Assembly: GCF_030028105.1 (NCBI RefSeq)
Contig: NC_092379.1
Coordinates: forward strand, 29,133,821-29,197,820
From: Mobula birostris
Taxonomy: Eukaryota
Reading direction: 5' to 3'
DNA length: 64,000 nt
Shown here: piece by piece, positions 12,763 to 25,259 of the stretch
How positions within the stretch are numbered: position 1 is the first letter of the stretch
How the letters are laid out: each line of letters opens with the position of its first letter
Made by a program: the position numbers and the translations under genes
The notes under the pieces: model-generated
Told to the model about the DNA's origin: nothing
Seen by the model: the letters and a program-made list of their open reading frames with translations, nothing else
Database searches by the model: none

Positions 12763-15700
12763 CTCAAGGTCTGCTATGTCTAAGAACAGGAAAGACGGCA
12801 AACCTCCTGTTAGACCGAAAGGTACCGATCCTCCTCCGACTGAACCACCGTTAACTTTGAAAGCTATATCGGATCTAATTCAAACGGAAATTTCAACCTT
12901 TATAACGGAACTGATTCGTGCGAAAATTTCAACTAATTTCCAGAAAATTGCCGATGCAATCGATAAAATGCAAACATCTATCACGGAACATCAGTCTGCT
13001 CTATCTAATCTTCAAAAATCCACGCAACGAAATGAACTCAAGATGGGGAAAATTGAAGAAACAATTACTGTAATGAACAAAAAACTTGACTTTCTGACTT
13101 TTAAGAGCTCTGACTTAGAATCCAGAATGCGACGACAGAATATTCGAACTATTGGTATTCGTGAAGCTGCTGAATCTGACAACCCTATAAAGTTTTTTCT
13201 CAACTTTTAAAAGATGTATTTCCTACTGTATTTCCTGACCAACCACCATTATTGGATAGGGCACCTAGAGTTCCATCATATTCGTCTAAGTCAGATAAAC
13301 CTTGGCATGTAATTTTACGATTTCATTACTTTCAAGACAAGGAGAAATTGCTTCGATTCGCTCGACCTAAAGGTTACATTGATTTTTTGGATCTTCATTT
13401 TCGGTTCGTGGAAGACTTCAGTAAACAGATTCGGGATCAACGTGTTCGTTGCAGATCTGTGATGTCGGAACTCTACAAGATGGATTTAAAACCAGTGTTG
13501 CTTTACCCTGCGCGTTTAAAGATTCGCACGCCTGATGGGGGTTCCCGTTTTTTCGGTTCTCCATCGGATGCCCAGAGTTACCTGGATCAATTTTCACCTT
13601 CAACATCTTAATCGCAATTTTTAATTATCTCCGTTTGATCGGAGGCTGTTAATCTGTTGGGTTTATTTTTTTTTTTTTCGCTTTATACGACGGCAGAAAA
13701 GTTTATTTTCGATTTAATTAACATGGTTGCCAAACTTTTTTTCAACTGCGTCATTCCTTTCTTTTTCCCTGTGGATTCTGGATGGTTATTCCCTCAGCAT
13801 CATTTTACGTATTTCCTTTCAGGCCTTAAACTTTGTAGTTTTCAAATGTGCCTTTTGTGGTTTTTCCTAACTAGTCTATGTTAATTATCTTGTTTCTTTT
13901 TTGTGTGTGTTTCATCATTGGGTCTGTTGTTCGTTACGGTTTTCTTTATATTTACTGGCTTTTTCTTTGTATTATATCGTGTTCGTCTTAATCGGTCTAC
14001 TTTTTTATTACTCCTCTACTGTTCTATAACTTTACCTGATCTTTTTATACTTACACTTTTTTTTTAGTGAGCGTCTGTCGGAAGTCATGGGGGTAGTTCT
14101 AGTGCTTGCTTCTTTCTGGCTGGTCTGTTTTAGATTTAGCTTTGAGGTCATGGGGGCGGGGTAGTGGGAGCGGCTTCACTTTTTAGTTTTTTCCTTCTGG
14201 GGCTACTTATATTACCGAAGCATTGGTCGCGTTCTCCTTTCCGTTATCTCTTGTTTGTTCTGTTCCCTTTCCGGGTTTGTGGGTCGAACCTATTGTCAAT
14301 CCTTTTTTTTGTGGGTTGACTTTAGGGTTTACGGAGTCTACTATTAATTTTGTCTCTTGGAATACTAATGGGCTTAATCATCCAATTAAAAGGAAAAAAG
14401 TTTTTAAAGTATTCCAGAGACTTAAAGCACGTTTTATTCTTACAAGAGACCCATGTGCAGAGGGGGGACAGACTACGCTTTTTTTTTAAACTTTTGGAAG
14501 GATCAACACTTCCATTCGAACTCTAACGCTAAGATTCGAGTTGTCTCTATTTTTATAGACCCCTCAGTTACTTTTGTACAACATGATATTATTTCTGATC
14601 CGAGTGGTAGGTTTCTATTGGTTAGTGGTCTTCTCTTTAATAATAAGGTAGTTTTCGTTAACATTTATGCTCCCAACATGGACTGTCCAGAATTTTATAA
14701 ATCATTATTTAATCTGTTCCCGAATTTGAATGAGTTTTCACTAATCTGGGGCGGGGATTCTAATACTTGTTTATCTCCAGCTTTGGACCGTTCTGCTCCT
14801 TTAGGGACCTTACCCCATAAACCTGCAACTTTGATTAACTCATTCCTCTCTGATTCCGGGTCGACGGACATTTGGCGTTTTTTGCATCCTCAGGAAAAAG
14901 ATTTTTCTTTTTTTTTCACATGTTCACCATTCCTATTCAAGAATTGATTTTTTTTTATTGACTCTCGTCTTATTTCTTCAGTGGTTAAATGTGAATATGA
15001 CTCTATAACCATTTCGGATCATGCTCCACTTAAGCTTTCTATTAAAATTCAGGCCAATGCAGAAAATAATAGACAATGGCGTTTTAATTCGCTGTTGCTT
15101 CAGGACTCGGATTTTGTTAACTTTATGAATGAACAGATTGATCTCTTTTTTACAATCAACTATACAGAAGATATTTCTATGAACATCCTTTGGGATACTA
15201 TTAAAGCTTATATTCGTGGTCAGATCATCTCGTACTCTGCTGCTTTGAGGAAGAAGCTGAAGCAGGGGGAGCTGGTAATTGCGGACAAGATTAAGGAACT
15301 TGATAAGAAATATGCTACAGCTCCCTCTGAGAAGTTGTATAAACAAAGAACTGAACTTCAAATGGGACACAGTTTATTACTTTCGTCCTCGATTGTAAAT
15401 CAATTAAAGAAAACAAGAAGCAACTTTATGTACATAGTGACAAAGTTGTTAAACTGTTGGCTAATTAGTTGAAGACTAATTATACTAAATTTCAAATTAA
15501 TCAGATTTATAATCAAAATGATCAACTGATATTTGATCATGCTGAGATTAATCAATCCTTTTTTGATTTTACTCCTCTTTATATCAATCAGAGTCTTTAC
15601 GAGACTCTAAATATATGTATGACTTTTTAGATAACCGAGATTCCCCTAAGATCTCACAGGATATATCTTCTATGCTAGATACCACTGATGAGATTAAGAA

Positions 15701-18481
15701 TGTTATTTTTTCTATGAAGCCGGGGAAAGCTCCTGACCCTGATGGGTTTACCGCGGAATTTTATAAATTTTTTGCACCTTCATTAATCCCTTGGTTATTT
15801 AGGGTTTTGGAGGCTTCATTAAAACTTGGTGAACTTCCTGAATCCTTCCATAGAGCGTCGATCTCTTTAATATTAAAAAAGGATAAAGATCCTGCTCAAT
15901 GTGCATCTTATAGACCAATATCTTTATTAAATGTTGACTCAAAATTTTTTTCTAAATTATTAGCAAACAGATTAGAAAAAGTGCTTCCTTATATTATTTC
16001 GGAAGACCAAACGGGTTTTATTAAAGGTCGTTACTCTTTTTATAACATTCGCACACTGTTAAATATTGTTTATACTCCTTCACAAAACGTTCCTGAGTGC
16101 GTTATTTCCTTAGATGCTGAAAAAGCCTTTGACAGAGTCGAATGGCCTTACTCATTTAAGGTGCTTGAAATGTTTAATTTTAGCTCGAAATTTATATTCT
16201 GAACTAAATTGTTATATCATTCTCCTATGGCCTCAGTTCGTACTAACTCTTTAAGCTCACCCCTTTTCCCTCTTTCTCGAGGTACTAGACAAAGTTGTCC
16301 TCTGAGACCTTTATTATTTGATATTGCTTTAGAACATCTTGCAATTGCTATTCGAGAATCTCCAAATATTATTGGGATAACTCGGGGCCTAAAGTCCCAT
16401 AAAGTATCACTCTATGCTGATGACTTACTCTTATGTATTTCTAATCCTCAAAAATCTATCCCTGCTGCTTTAGATTTATTAGCACAATTTAGTCTCTTTT
16501 CCGGTTACAAGTTAAATCTCAGTAAGAGTGAACTTTTCCCGATTAATAAGCAAGTTCCCTTGTATCAGAACCTTCCGTTTAAATTGATTAATAATTATTT
16601 TTCATATCTTGGGATTAAAATTACTTGTAAACATAAAGATTTATTTAAGACTAATTTTTTACCCTTAATTGATCATATTACTCAACTTTCATTTAAATGG
16701 TCTCCATTATCTTTAACTTTGATTGGTCGTATTAATGCAGTTAAGATGTTTATACTGCCAAAATTTTTATATGTATTTCAGGCATTACCGATTTTTGTTC
16801 CAAAATCTTTTTTTGACAAAGTTGACTCTAAAATTTCTTCATTTATTTGGCAAAATAAAAACCAGAGACTGGGTAAAATACATTTACAGAAAGCTAAGAG
16901 AGGTGGAAGTTTAGCATTACCTAACTTTAGATTCTATTATTGGGCAATTAATATTCGACACATGAAATTTTGGTTACTTGACCAAGTTACACTATCCATT
17001 CCTAAATGGGTAGTATTGGAATTACAATCTGCTCAAGGTTATGCACTTGGCTCTATTTTACGTTCTTCTCTTCCTTTTGATTTGAAACCCCACAAACAGG
17101 TCTGTAACCCGATAGTTAAATATACCTTACATATTTGGTTTCAATTCCGAAAATTTTTCAATCTTAATCAATTTGGGCTTGCGATTCCTATTTTAGGCAA
17201 CATATTTTTTCCTCCCTCTTCCACGGACCGTGCTTTTCAAATTTGGAAGACTAAGGGTATTTCACGGTTTTTGGATTTATTTTTAGATGGTTCCCTTATG
17301 TCTTTTGAACAATTATCTAACACATATAACTTATGAAGAATACACTTTTTAGATATCTTCAAGTTAGAAATTTCCTAAGTTCTATACTTTCTTCCTTTCC
17401 AACGCTACCTCCTACATATATTTTAGATACTATAATTAACCTTAATGCATGTCAGAAAGGTGCAACGGCTATTATTTATAATACCATTATCAATCTTAGG
17501 AAAGCTCCATTTGATAAGATTAGGTCAGATTGGGAACAGGAATTGGGCTTTATTATTTCGGCAGATGACTTGGTGCAGATTTTACAACTAGTCAATACTT
17601 CCTCTATCTGTGCTAAACATTCCCTAATTCAATTTAAAGTTGTCCATAGAGCACATATGTCCAAAGATAAATTAGCTCGTTTCTATTCTCACATTACTTC
17701 TTCTTGTGACAGATGTCAGGGGGAGATAGCCTCTTTAACTCATATGCTTTGGCCCTGCCCTACTCCGGGAACTTTTTGGAGAGACATTTTTAATATTATC
17801 TCAAAGGTATTGAATATAGATATCTCTCCCCATCCTATTACTGCTATCTTTGGATTACCTAAAATTTCCAGTAATCTTTCTCCTTCAGCCCGTAGAATGA
17901 TTGCATTTCTTACTTTAATGGCGAAAAGATGTATTTTACAACATTGGAAAGAGATTAATGCTCCAACTACGTTCTTCTGGTTTTCCCAGACGATACTATG
18001 CTTAAATTTGGAGAAAATTAGAAATAATCTTTATGATTCTTCAGTTAAATTCGAACAGACCTCGAGATCTTTTATTCAACATTTTCATTTAATGTAATTT
18101 TTTTCTCTCGGTCCATATTTATATTCCCTTCTTGCTTTTTAACAGTTTTTAATGGAGGTCGGGTTTGAGGACGTGATCGTTTTAAGTTGTTTAACTCTAC
18201 TTAATTCCTAGTTAGTCCATTGCTTTGCTTTGCTTTTTAGTTTAGTTGCACGGTGGGTTTCTTTTGGAGGGGGGGGGGTTGGGTCTTTTTTTCCTTATTG
18301 ATATATATAAAAATTAGTATACTATTATACTACCTTGTTATTTTATGTTTAAACTGCACTGTTTGTATTAATTTTTTTGTATTAATATTTCCTGTAATAT
18401 ATTATATTATAACAGTGTATTAGTGCCTTTATGGTTTACCCTTTGTGTACTAATTCAATAAAAAGATTTAAAAGAAGTGTG
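12763..18481 (+). mobile_element. Near-full-length L1-clade LINE: ORF1 12776-13611, ORF2 about 14331-18097 (both frameshifted), polyA signal 18457-18462, flanked by an 11-bp TSD
   Basis: ORF1 has ESRMRRQNIR.IGI.E. ORF2 has INFVSWN.NGLN (APE), GKAP.PDGF, SYRPISLLNVD, YADD and a CDRC...HMLWPC zinc knuckle. ATCCGGAGATT occurs at 12752-12762 and 18482-18492. Confidence 0.93.
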
Positions 18482-18835
18482 ATCCGGAGATTATCATCTT
18501 GGAGGTCCTGCTCTTGAGCCTCCTTCCTAACATCCATAAAATTATTGAGCAGGACCTCTACCCCTCTTCTGCTTATGTCATTGGTACCAAAATGTACCAC
18601 GACCTCCGGCTGCTCACTCTCCCAATCAAGAATATTTTACAACCGCGCAGAGACATCCTGGACCCTAGCACCCGGAAGGCAGCACACTACTCTGGTGTCT
18701 CTTTTGCTTTCGCAGAATCTCCTATCTGTTCCCCTAACTATCGAGTCCCCTATGACTATTGCTTCTCCTGACTTCATCCTACCTTTCTGAAGCTCAGAGG
18801 TGCTATTGGTCTGGCTGCTTCTGCCTCGCCCAGAT
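18482..18835 (-). mobile_element. Old CR1 LINE, part 2 (ORF1 esterase N-terminal part)
   Basis: AIVIGDSIVRGTDRRFC...RVVCCLPGARVQDVS. It continues seamlessly with part 1 across the L1 TSD. Confidence 0.85.
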
Positions 18836-20033
18836 ATAGAAACATAGAAACATAGAAAATAGGTGCAGGAGTAGGCCATTCGGCCCTTCGAGCCTGCACC
18901 GCCATTTATTATGATCATGGCTGATTATCCAACTCAGAACCCCGCCCAAGCCTTGCCTCCATACCCCCTGATCCCCGTAGCCACAAGGGCCATATCTAAC
19001 TCCCTCTTAAATATAGCCAATGAACTGGCCTCAACTCTTTCCTGTGGCAGAGAGTTCCACAGATTCACCACTCTCTGTGTGAAGAAGTTTTTCCTAATGT
19101 CGGTCCTAAAAGGCTTCCCCTTTATCCTCAAACTGTGACCCCTCGTTCTGGACTTCCCCAACATTGGGAACAATCCTCCTGCATCTAGCCTGTCCAATCC
19201 CTTTAGGATTTTATACGTTTCAATCAGATCCCGCCTCAACTTTCTAAATTCCAACGAGTACAAGCCCAGTTCATCCAGTCTTTCTTCATATGAAAGTCCT
19301 GCCATCCCAGGAATCAATCTGGTGAACCTTCTTTGTACACCCTCTATGGCAAGGATGTCTTTCCTCAGATTAGGAGACCAAAACTGCACACAATACTCCA
19401 GGTGTGGTCTCACCAAGGCCTTGTACAACTGCAGTAGTACCTCCCTGCTCCTGTACTCGAAAGCTCTCTCTATAAATGCCAGTATACCATTCGCCTTTTT
19501 CACTGCCTGCTGTACCTGCATGCCCACTTTCAATGACTGGTGTATAATGACACCCAGGTCTCGTTGCACCTCCCCTTTTCCTAATCGGCCACTAGTCAGA
19601 TAATAATCTGTTTTCCTATTTTTCCACCAAAGTGGATAACTTCACATTTATCCACATTAAATTGCATCTGCCATGAATTTGCCCACTCACCCAACCTATC
19701 CAAGTCACTCTGCATCCTCTTAGCATCCTCCTCACAGCTAACACTGCCACCCAGCTTCGTGTCATCCACAAACTTGGAGATGCTGCATTTAATTCCCTCA
19801 TCCAAGTCATTAATATATATTGTACTGAGCCTTGCGGTACCCCACTAGTCACCGCCTGCCATTCTGAAAAGGTCCCGTTTATTCCCACTCTTTGCTTCCT
19901 GTCTGCTAACCAATTCTCCATCCACATCAATACCTTACCCCCAATACCGTGTGCTTTAAGTTCGCACACTAATCTCCTGTGTGTGATCTTGTCAAAAGCC
20001 TTTTGAAAATCCAAATATACCACATCCACTGGT
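18836..20033 (-). mobile_element. Young 5'-truncated CR1 insertion with (TTTCTATG)n tail
   Basis: RT C-terminal ORFs (DVVYLDFQKAFDK, KFVDDTKLGG, RPHLEYCVQFWSP). Near-identical to 44731-47360. Confidence 0.92.
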
Positions 20034-20620
20034 ATATATCTCCCTCTGCCGTATCCAAAGGAGTATACCTGTTGCTAAGGGGAATGACCACAGGGGGACT
20101 ATGCACTAACTTCATTCTTTCTTTACCTCTCTCTGTGTTCACCTATCTGCTTGAATTCTTTATTTTAGCTAAGAAGTCGTATCTATCGATTACTCTGTCT
20201 CCCGGATGATCATAAGTTCATCCAACCCCAGCTCCAGCTCTTAAGTGCCGTCTTTCATGAGCTGGAGTTGACTGCACATCCTGCAGGTGCAGTCATCAGG
20301 GAGACTATGAGGCTCCATGATCTCCCACACGCTACAGGTGGAGCATTCCACTGCCGCATTTGCCATTCTGCCTGTACTGTAAAATGGGCAACCAAGACCA
20401 AATCCTCTCACCAGTGTCTTTGACCTCAACCTCTTCACGTGGAAGCCTCTTGGAACAAGCCTGACGCTCCTGCTCTCACCGCTGGCCTACTGTCACCAAT
20501 GGGGGCTCCGACAATGGCCGCTCCACTTGCCCCCACTTTAACTGTGCTTAATTCGCAGTGCTCTTCCCCCGATGCTGATTAGACCACTGGACTGTCTGAA
20601 CGCCCGCGGAGCTTTCCTTT
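20034..20620 (-). mobile_element. Old CR1 LINE, part 3 (ORF1 zinc-finger N-terminus and 5' UTR)
   Basis: MANAAVECSTCSVWEI......DDCTCRMCSQLQL, the typical CR1 ORF1 zinc finger. Confidence 0.75.
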
Positions 20621-20689
20621 TATACTAGCTTCGCCGACCAGCTTGTAAACGCTTAGAAGAGCTCTGCTGGTTGCAGGGGTGTTTCAAGT

Positions 20690-22600
20690 TCAGGGTCAGT
20701 TTATTGTCATTGAACTGGGCGCATGTATTCTGCCAAACGAAACAACGATTCTACAGACCAAGGTGCCAACAAGGTACATATTACTCACACATATAACACA
20801 TACAGTAACACTAGCACAAATGAATTAATAAATATACGATACAAATTCAAAGGGCAAAGCGTAAAATGTTACTGGTGTAATGAGACCGGAAGATGAGATG
20901 CTTATGTGGTGCCAAGGAGGTCAGGACTCTTCTGGCCTGGAGAAAGAAACTCTTTCTCATTCTAACAGTTCTTTTGCAATGCCAAGGTACCTATCCATGA
21001 CGACAGGAGGTTGAAGAGATCTTTGGGAGGATGGGAGGGATTATTGACAATGCAAAGGGCCCAGGCATGCAGCTTGATCATAAATATCTATAACTGAATG
21101 AAGAAAGGCGCCGATGTGCCTCTCCCCAGTGCTTTCAACCTTTTGTAGGGACTTTCAGTCAGGTGCTTTGCAATTCCCATGCAGGTTTGGGATGCAGCTC
21201 GTCAGAACACTCTCCATGGTGCTTCTGTAAACAATGGTTAAAACAGGCGGAGGAAACCTCGCACGCACCATCCCCTCAGGAAGTGAAGACACTTTTTGTG
21301 CTTTTCTGACCATAGAGGTTGTGCTGAGGGACCAGTTGAGATCGTCCATTATGTGCATTTCCAGAACCTTGGCATTCCTGACTCTGTCCATGGTGGATTC
21401 GTGCACATGCAATGAGGAGTTGTTAGTCAAAACCCTCCGAAAGTCCACAATCAACTCTTGGCCTTCTCCATCTTTAGACTCAAATTGCTGTGTTCCCACA
21501 TTTCAACCAGCCGCTCTATCTCATCCTTGTACGCCGAATTATCCTCGTCGTTGACGAGGCCAACCATTATTTTGTCATTACCAAACTTTATCATTCGGTT
21601 GAAGTGGATCGAGGAATGCAGACATACTTCAGCAGGGTGAATAGAAGCGGGCTGTTTACGCAACCTTGGACAGCGCCGGTGATCAGCGTGATGCAGCTGG
21701 AGTTGAATCGACCAAAACGGACTCTCTGTAGCCTTTCTATCAAGAAGTCCAGGATCCAGTTTCAGAGAGAGGTGTTGAGACCCATCGAGGGCAATTTACC
21801 CACCAGCTGTTGGTGGGTGATCTTCTTAAACGTCGAGCTGAAGTCAATGAACAGTATCCTGACGTATGCGGCACAGCGTTTTTGGTAAGATAGTCAGGAG
21901 TGGAATGCGGTGGCTGTGGCATCGTCAAAGGGCATATGTGAGCGCTACTTATCCTGAAAATGGTCCACTTCAACAGGATGATGAAATTTAATCCGATCTA
22001 TAAAAAGTTTTTCAATGGATATTAGTTAAATGGGATGAACTATCCCTTAGCCAACCGATCTGGTATGTCAGCAGACCCTGCAGCGTTACGTGGGTTAGCC
22101 CTAGCTGGGTTATTCCTCACATCAGCTGCGAGCCTTCTCCACGGGGGCGGGAGGCGCTTTCCTCGCCGGTATTTGGTTCCGTGCAGCAAATCGAGCGTAG
22201 AAGACATTCAGCCTGTCAGGAAGACAAGCGTCACTGTTCTTGACACTCAGGGTGGGCTGGAGTCCGTTATGGTCTGAAAGCGCTGGCACGTTCTCCTCTT
22301 GCCTCAGGTGTCACAGAGACGGCTGTACATTCTCTGTGAATACTCCCGATGGTGCGGGAAAGTGCAGCTCTTGCTGACCTGAGAGCTGACTTACACACCC
22401 TTCCCCTGCCGATCTGAAGGCAGCATTCTGATTTCTCCGCCACCCGCACGCTGTCCTCTACTGTCATACGTGGCTTCAGCTTTGCTGTCGCTGAGGTGTG
22501 TTTAATAACGTTGACGTCCTCAATACACTTCACTATGTTGCAAACAGTTCTAACTCTCTCTGCTTCAACCTGATGTTGCCACCTGCTTTGAGAAGGCATC
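20690..22600 (-). mobile_element. Rex1/Babar LINE remnant
   Basis: KCIEDV.V, KPRMTVE, LPDRLNVFYARF, ELIVDFRR and a TTCAAG-like tandem tail near 20690. Confidence 0.75.
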
Positions 22601-23499
22601 TAACAGCACGTTCCCGAAGAACATGACCTTCCTTAACAACTCGCAGAAAATGCTGGAGGAACTCATCAATCCAAGCAGGATCCATGGACCGATGGAAACT
22701 GTCGATGAACATTCCTCATGGTGCTGATGAACCTCCTGAGCTCCTTCAGCATTTTGCATGTGTTCTTCAAGAATTTTTAGAGTCTACAGGTTCGCCTGTT
22801 TCTTACGTGTCTGTGTCTGTGACTACCGCCCTAATGTCTTCACATCCGCAATCAGGTCATATCGTTGATGTATCCTTTACCCATCGAAACATATACTGAA
22901 AGGCATCGTTTACGTCAACAACTAACACAAGATAAGGATTTGCTGCCACGCATTCTAGTGCCACAGAGTGTGCTCATAATGTTCAGCACCACTCAAGCAA
23001 GGGCAACAGCAACCAAACAACAGCAAATTAAACCTTGCCGCCCTCCCACACCTATTCACATTCAGAGAGGCCTCCAACCCCAGAACAGACCACCTCTAGG
23101 CTTGAACCTCTACTGGGCTCGAAGACAGCGAGCCTCCAACTTCCCCATTGGACCCAGAGACTTGCCCTGGGCTTCTTGAATCGGACTTCTACTTCTGGAA
23201 TCGCAGACTTCGGCCTTTGACCTTCAAAATGAACCCCAAGACTCGGCAAAGACGGGAAGCGAACTCCAGGCTTCCTGCGGAGTTCGAAGTTCTAAGGAGA
23301 GCTCCATCCTGGGCTCTCCGGCCAGATTCAATTTCACTGGATCCTAACCTGATCCAGAACTCCCCACTTTGCCGCCAGAACCTTCCCTACAACAGTAAAA
23401 GAAAAACTACATCTGAGCCACGACCTGAAAGGGGAACGCAGCACGGCGTCATCTCAACCGGATGTAGAGAAGGGTTACGGGAGTCTTACCATAGCATAC

Positions 23500-24490
23500 A
23501 TTAGCACCAGCCTCCGGAAAATCCTCGACCCATGTTATTCGCCTTCTGCTGAATGTGGTCCATGTTGGACGTAATCGTCTTCGTTCTACGTTCATCCCTG
23601 GAGTATCTGAACAGGAAGGACACCTAACTTAAACTTTGGTTTACTGACTTCAGCTCCATCTGACATGCTATAATTCAAAGCAAACTCAGCACCAAACCCC
23701 GAAACCTGGAAGTCAATGCTTCCCACTGTAACTGAATCCTCGACATCCTGACCAAAAGGCTGCAATCAGCTGGGATCGGCAGTAGCTCCTCTCGCTCGAT
23801 TATTCCCAACAACGGCGCCCCACAAGTTAGAATTATCATTCATCTACATTACTCTCCTATATAGCCATGCCTGCGTGGTTAGATTCTCTCAGGCTCCATT
23901 TGCAGACTTGCAGATGAAAACACGGTAGTGGGCCTAATAGCGAATATCAATGTGTCAGAGTACAGAAGGGAGATAGAGAGCCTGGTGTTCTCGTGCAATG
24001 AAGATAATACTTTCCTAAATGTCAGCAATACAAAAGAGCAGCTCATTGACCAGCTGTAGTGAAAAATACTACTGTCCTAATACAGGGTGCTGGGATCGCG
24101 AATCTTCATAGCTTCAAGGTCCTTGGAGTGAAAATCATCAATTGTCTATCTTTCTGCAACAAAGATGACGCCACGAGCAAGAAAACTCAGCAGCACCTCT
24201 ACCTCCTAGGGAGGTTGACAAAGATCGGCATATCTTCTTCGAGCTTTGCCAATATTTATCTCCACATCACAGAAAGCATCCTATTTGGATGCATTGAGGT
24301 CTGGTACGGGAACGGCTCTGCATGCGACCACAAGAAGCTCCTCACCACCCCATGGACTCTGTGTACACTTTTTGGTGCTTCGCTGAAGCAGCTGCCATAA
24401 CCAAACCTCACTCTTCTCCCCTTCCAATTTGACAGAAGATAAAAGTACCCTGAACGTAGGAATTTCCAGGCTCATAGACAACTTCTCTCA
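23500..24490 (+). mobile_element. Degenerate Rex1/Babar-type RT remnant
   Basis: ADENTVVGLI...SEYRREIESLV, KKTQQHLYLLGRL and ESIL.GCI.VWYGN. Confidence 0.6.
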
Positions 24491-24583
24491 GAATTCAGAA
24501 TCAGGTTTGCTATCACCGGCATATGTCATGAAATTTGTTGTCTTTGCAGCAGCAATACATTGCCATCTGTAATAGAGAAATAA

Positions 24584-24740
24584 NNNNNNNNNNNNNNNNN
24601 NNNNNNNNNNNNNNNNNNNNNNNNNNNNNNNNNNNNNNNNNNNNNNNNNNNNNNNNNNNNNNNNNNNNNNNNNNNNNNNNNNNNNNNNNNNNNNNNNNNN
24701 NNNNNNNNNNNNNNNNNNNNNNNNNNNNNNNNNNNNNNNN
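24584..24740. other. Assembly gap (157 N)
   Basis: Run of N characters. Confidence 1.
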
Positions 24741-25259
24741 TGAACCCAAAGGAAATTACCGTGTCACAGTGGCAAGTGCACAGTAATCAATATTAGAAGA
24801 GAATTAGAAGCAATAAACAAAAGACCACAAACAGTCTAACAGTAGGGGGTCATCACTTCCCCGTTTATAGGTTGACTTATTATAGAGCCGAATGGCTGAG
24901 GGTAAGAATGACCTCATATAGCACTATCTGGAGCAGTGTTGTATTAATAGTTACATTAAATCATGACTATAAAAATAACAATACAACAGCAGTGAGGTAG
25001 TGTTCATTCAGAAATCGGATTGCAGAGGGGAAGACACCGTTCCTGAATCGTTAAGTGTCTGCCTTCTCAGACTCCTGTACCTCCATCAAGATGGCAGGAA
25101 TGGACACAGGTCATGGGGATCTTTAATGATTGATACCTCCTTTTTGAGGTATCACTCCATGAAGATGTCCTAGATATGACGGTGACAAGAGCCCGTGACT
25201 AAATCTGCAATTCCATACAGCTTATTTCGTTCCTTTGCAGTAGCCCCGATACCATCCTT

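Noticed and set aside
22255-22345. Plus-strand GLES...SGVTETAVH resembling IgH V GLEWV...DTAVYYC
   Set aside because: Motif spacing is far too short, and the minus strand is clearly Rex1/Babar ORF sequence.
24584-24740. Idea that the large duplication is an assembly artefact linked to the gap
   Set aside because: The two copies differ by many substitutions and by copy-specific insertions, one with a TSD, which is not expected from duplicated haplotigs of the same sequence.
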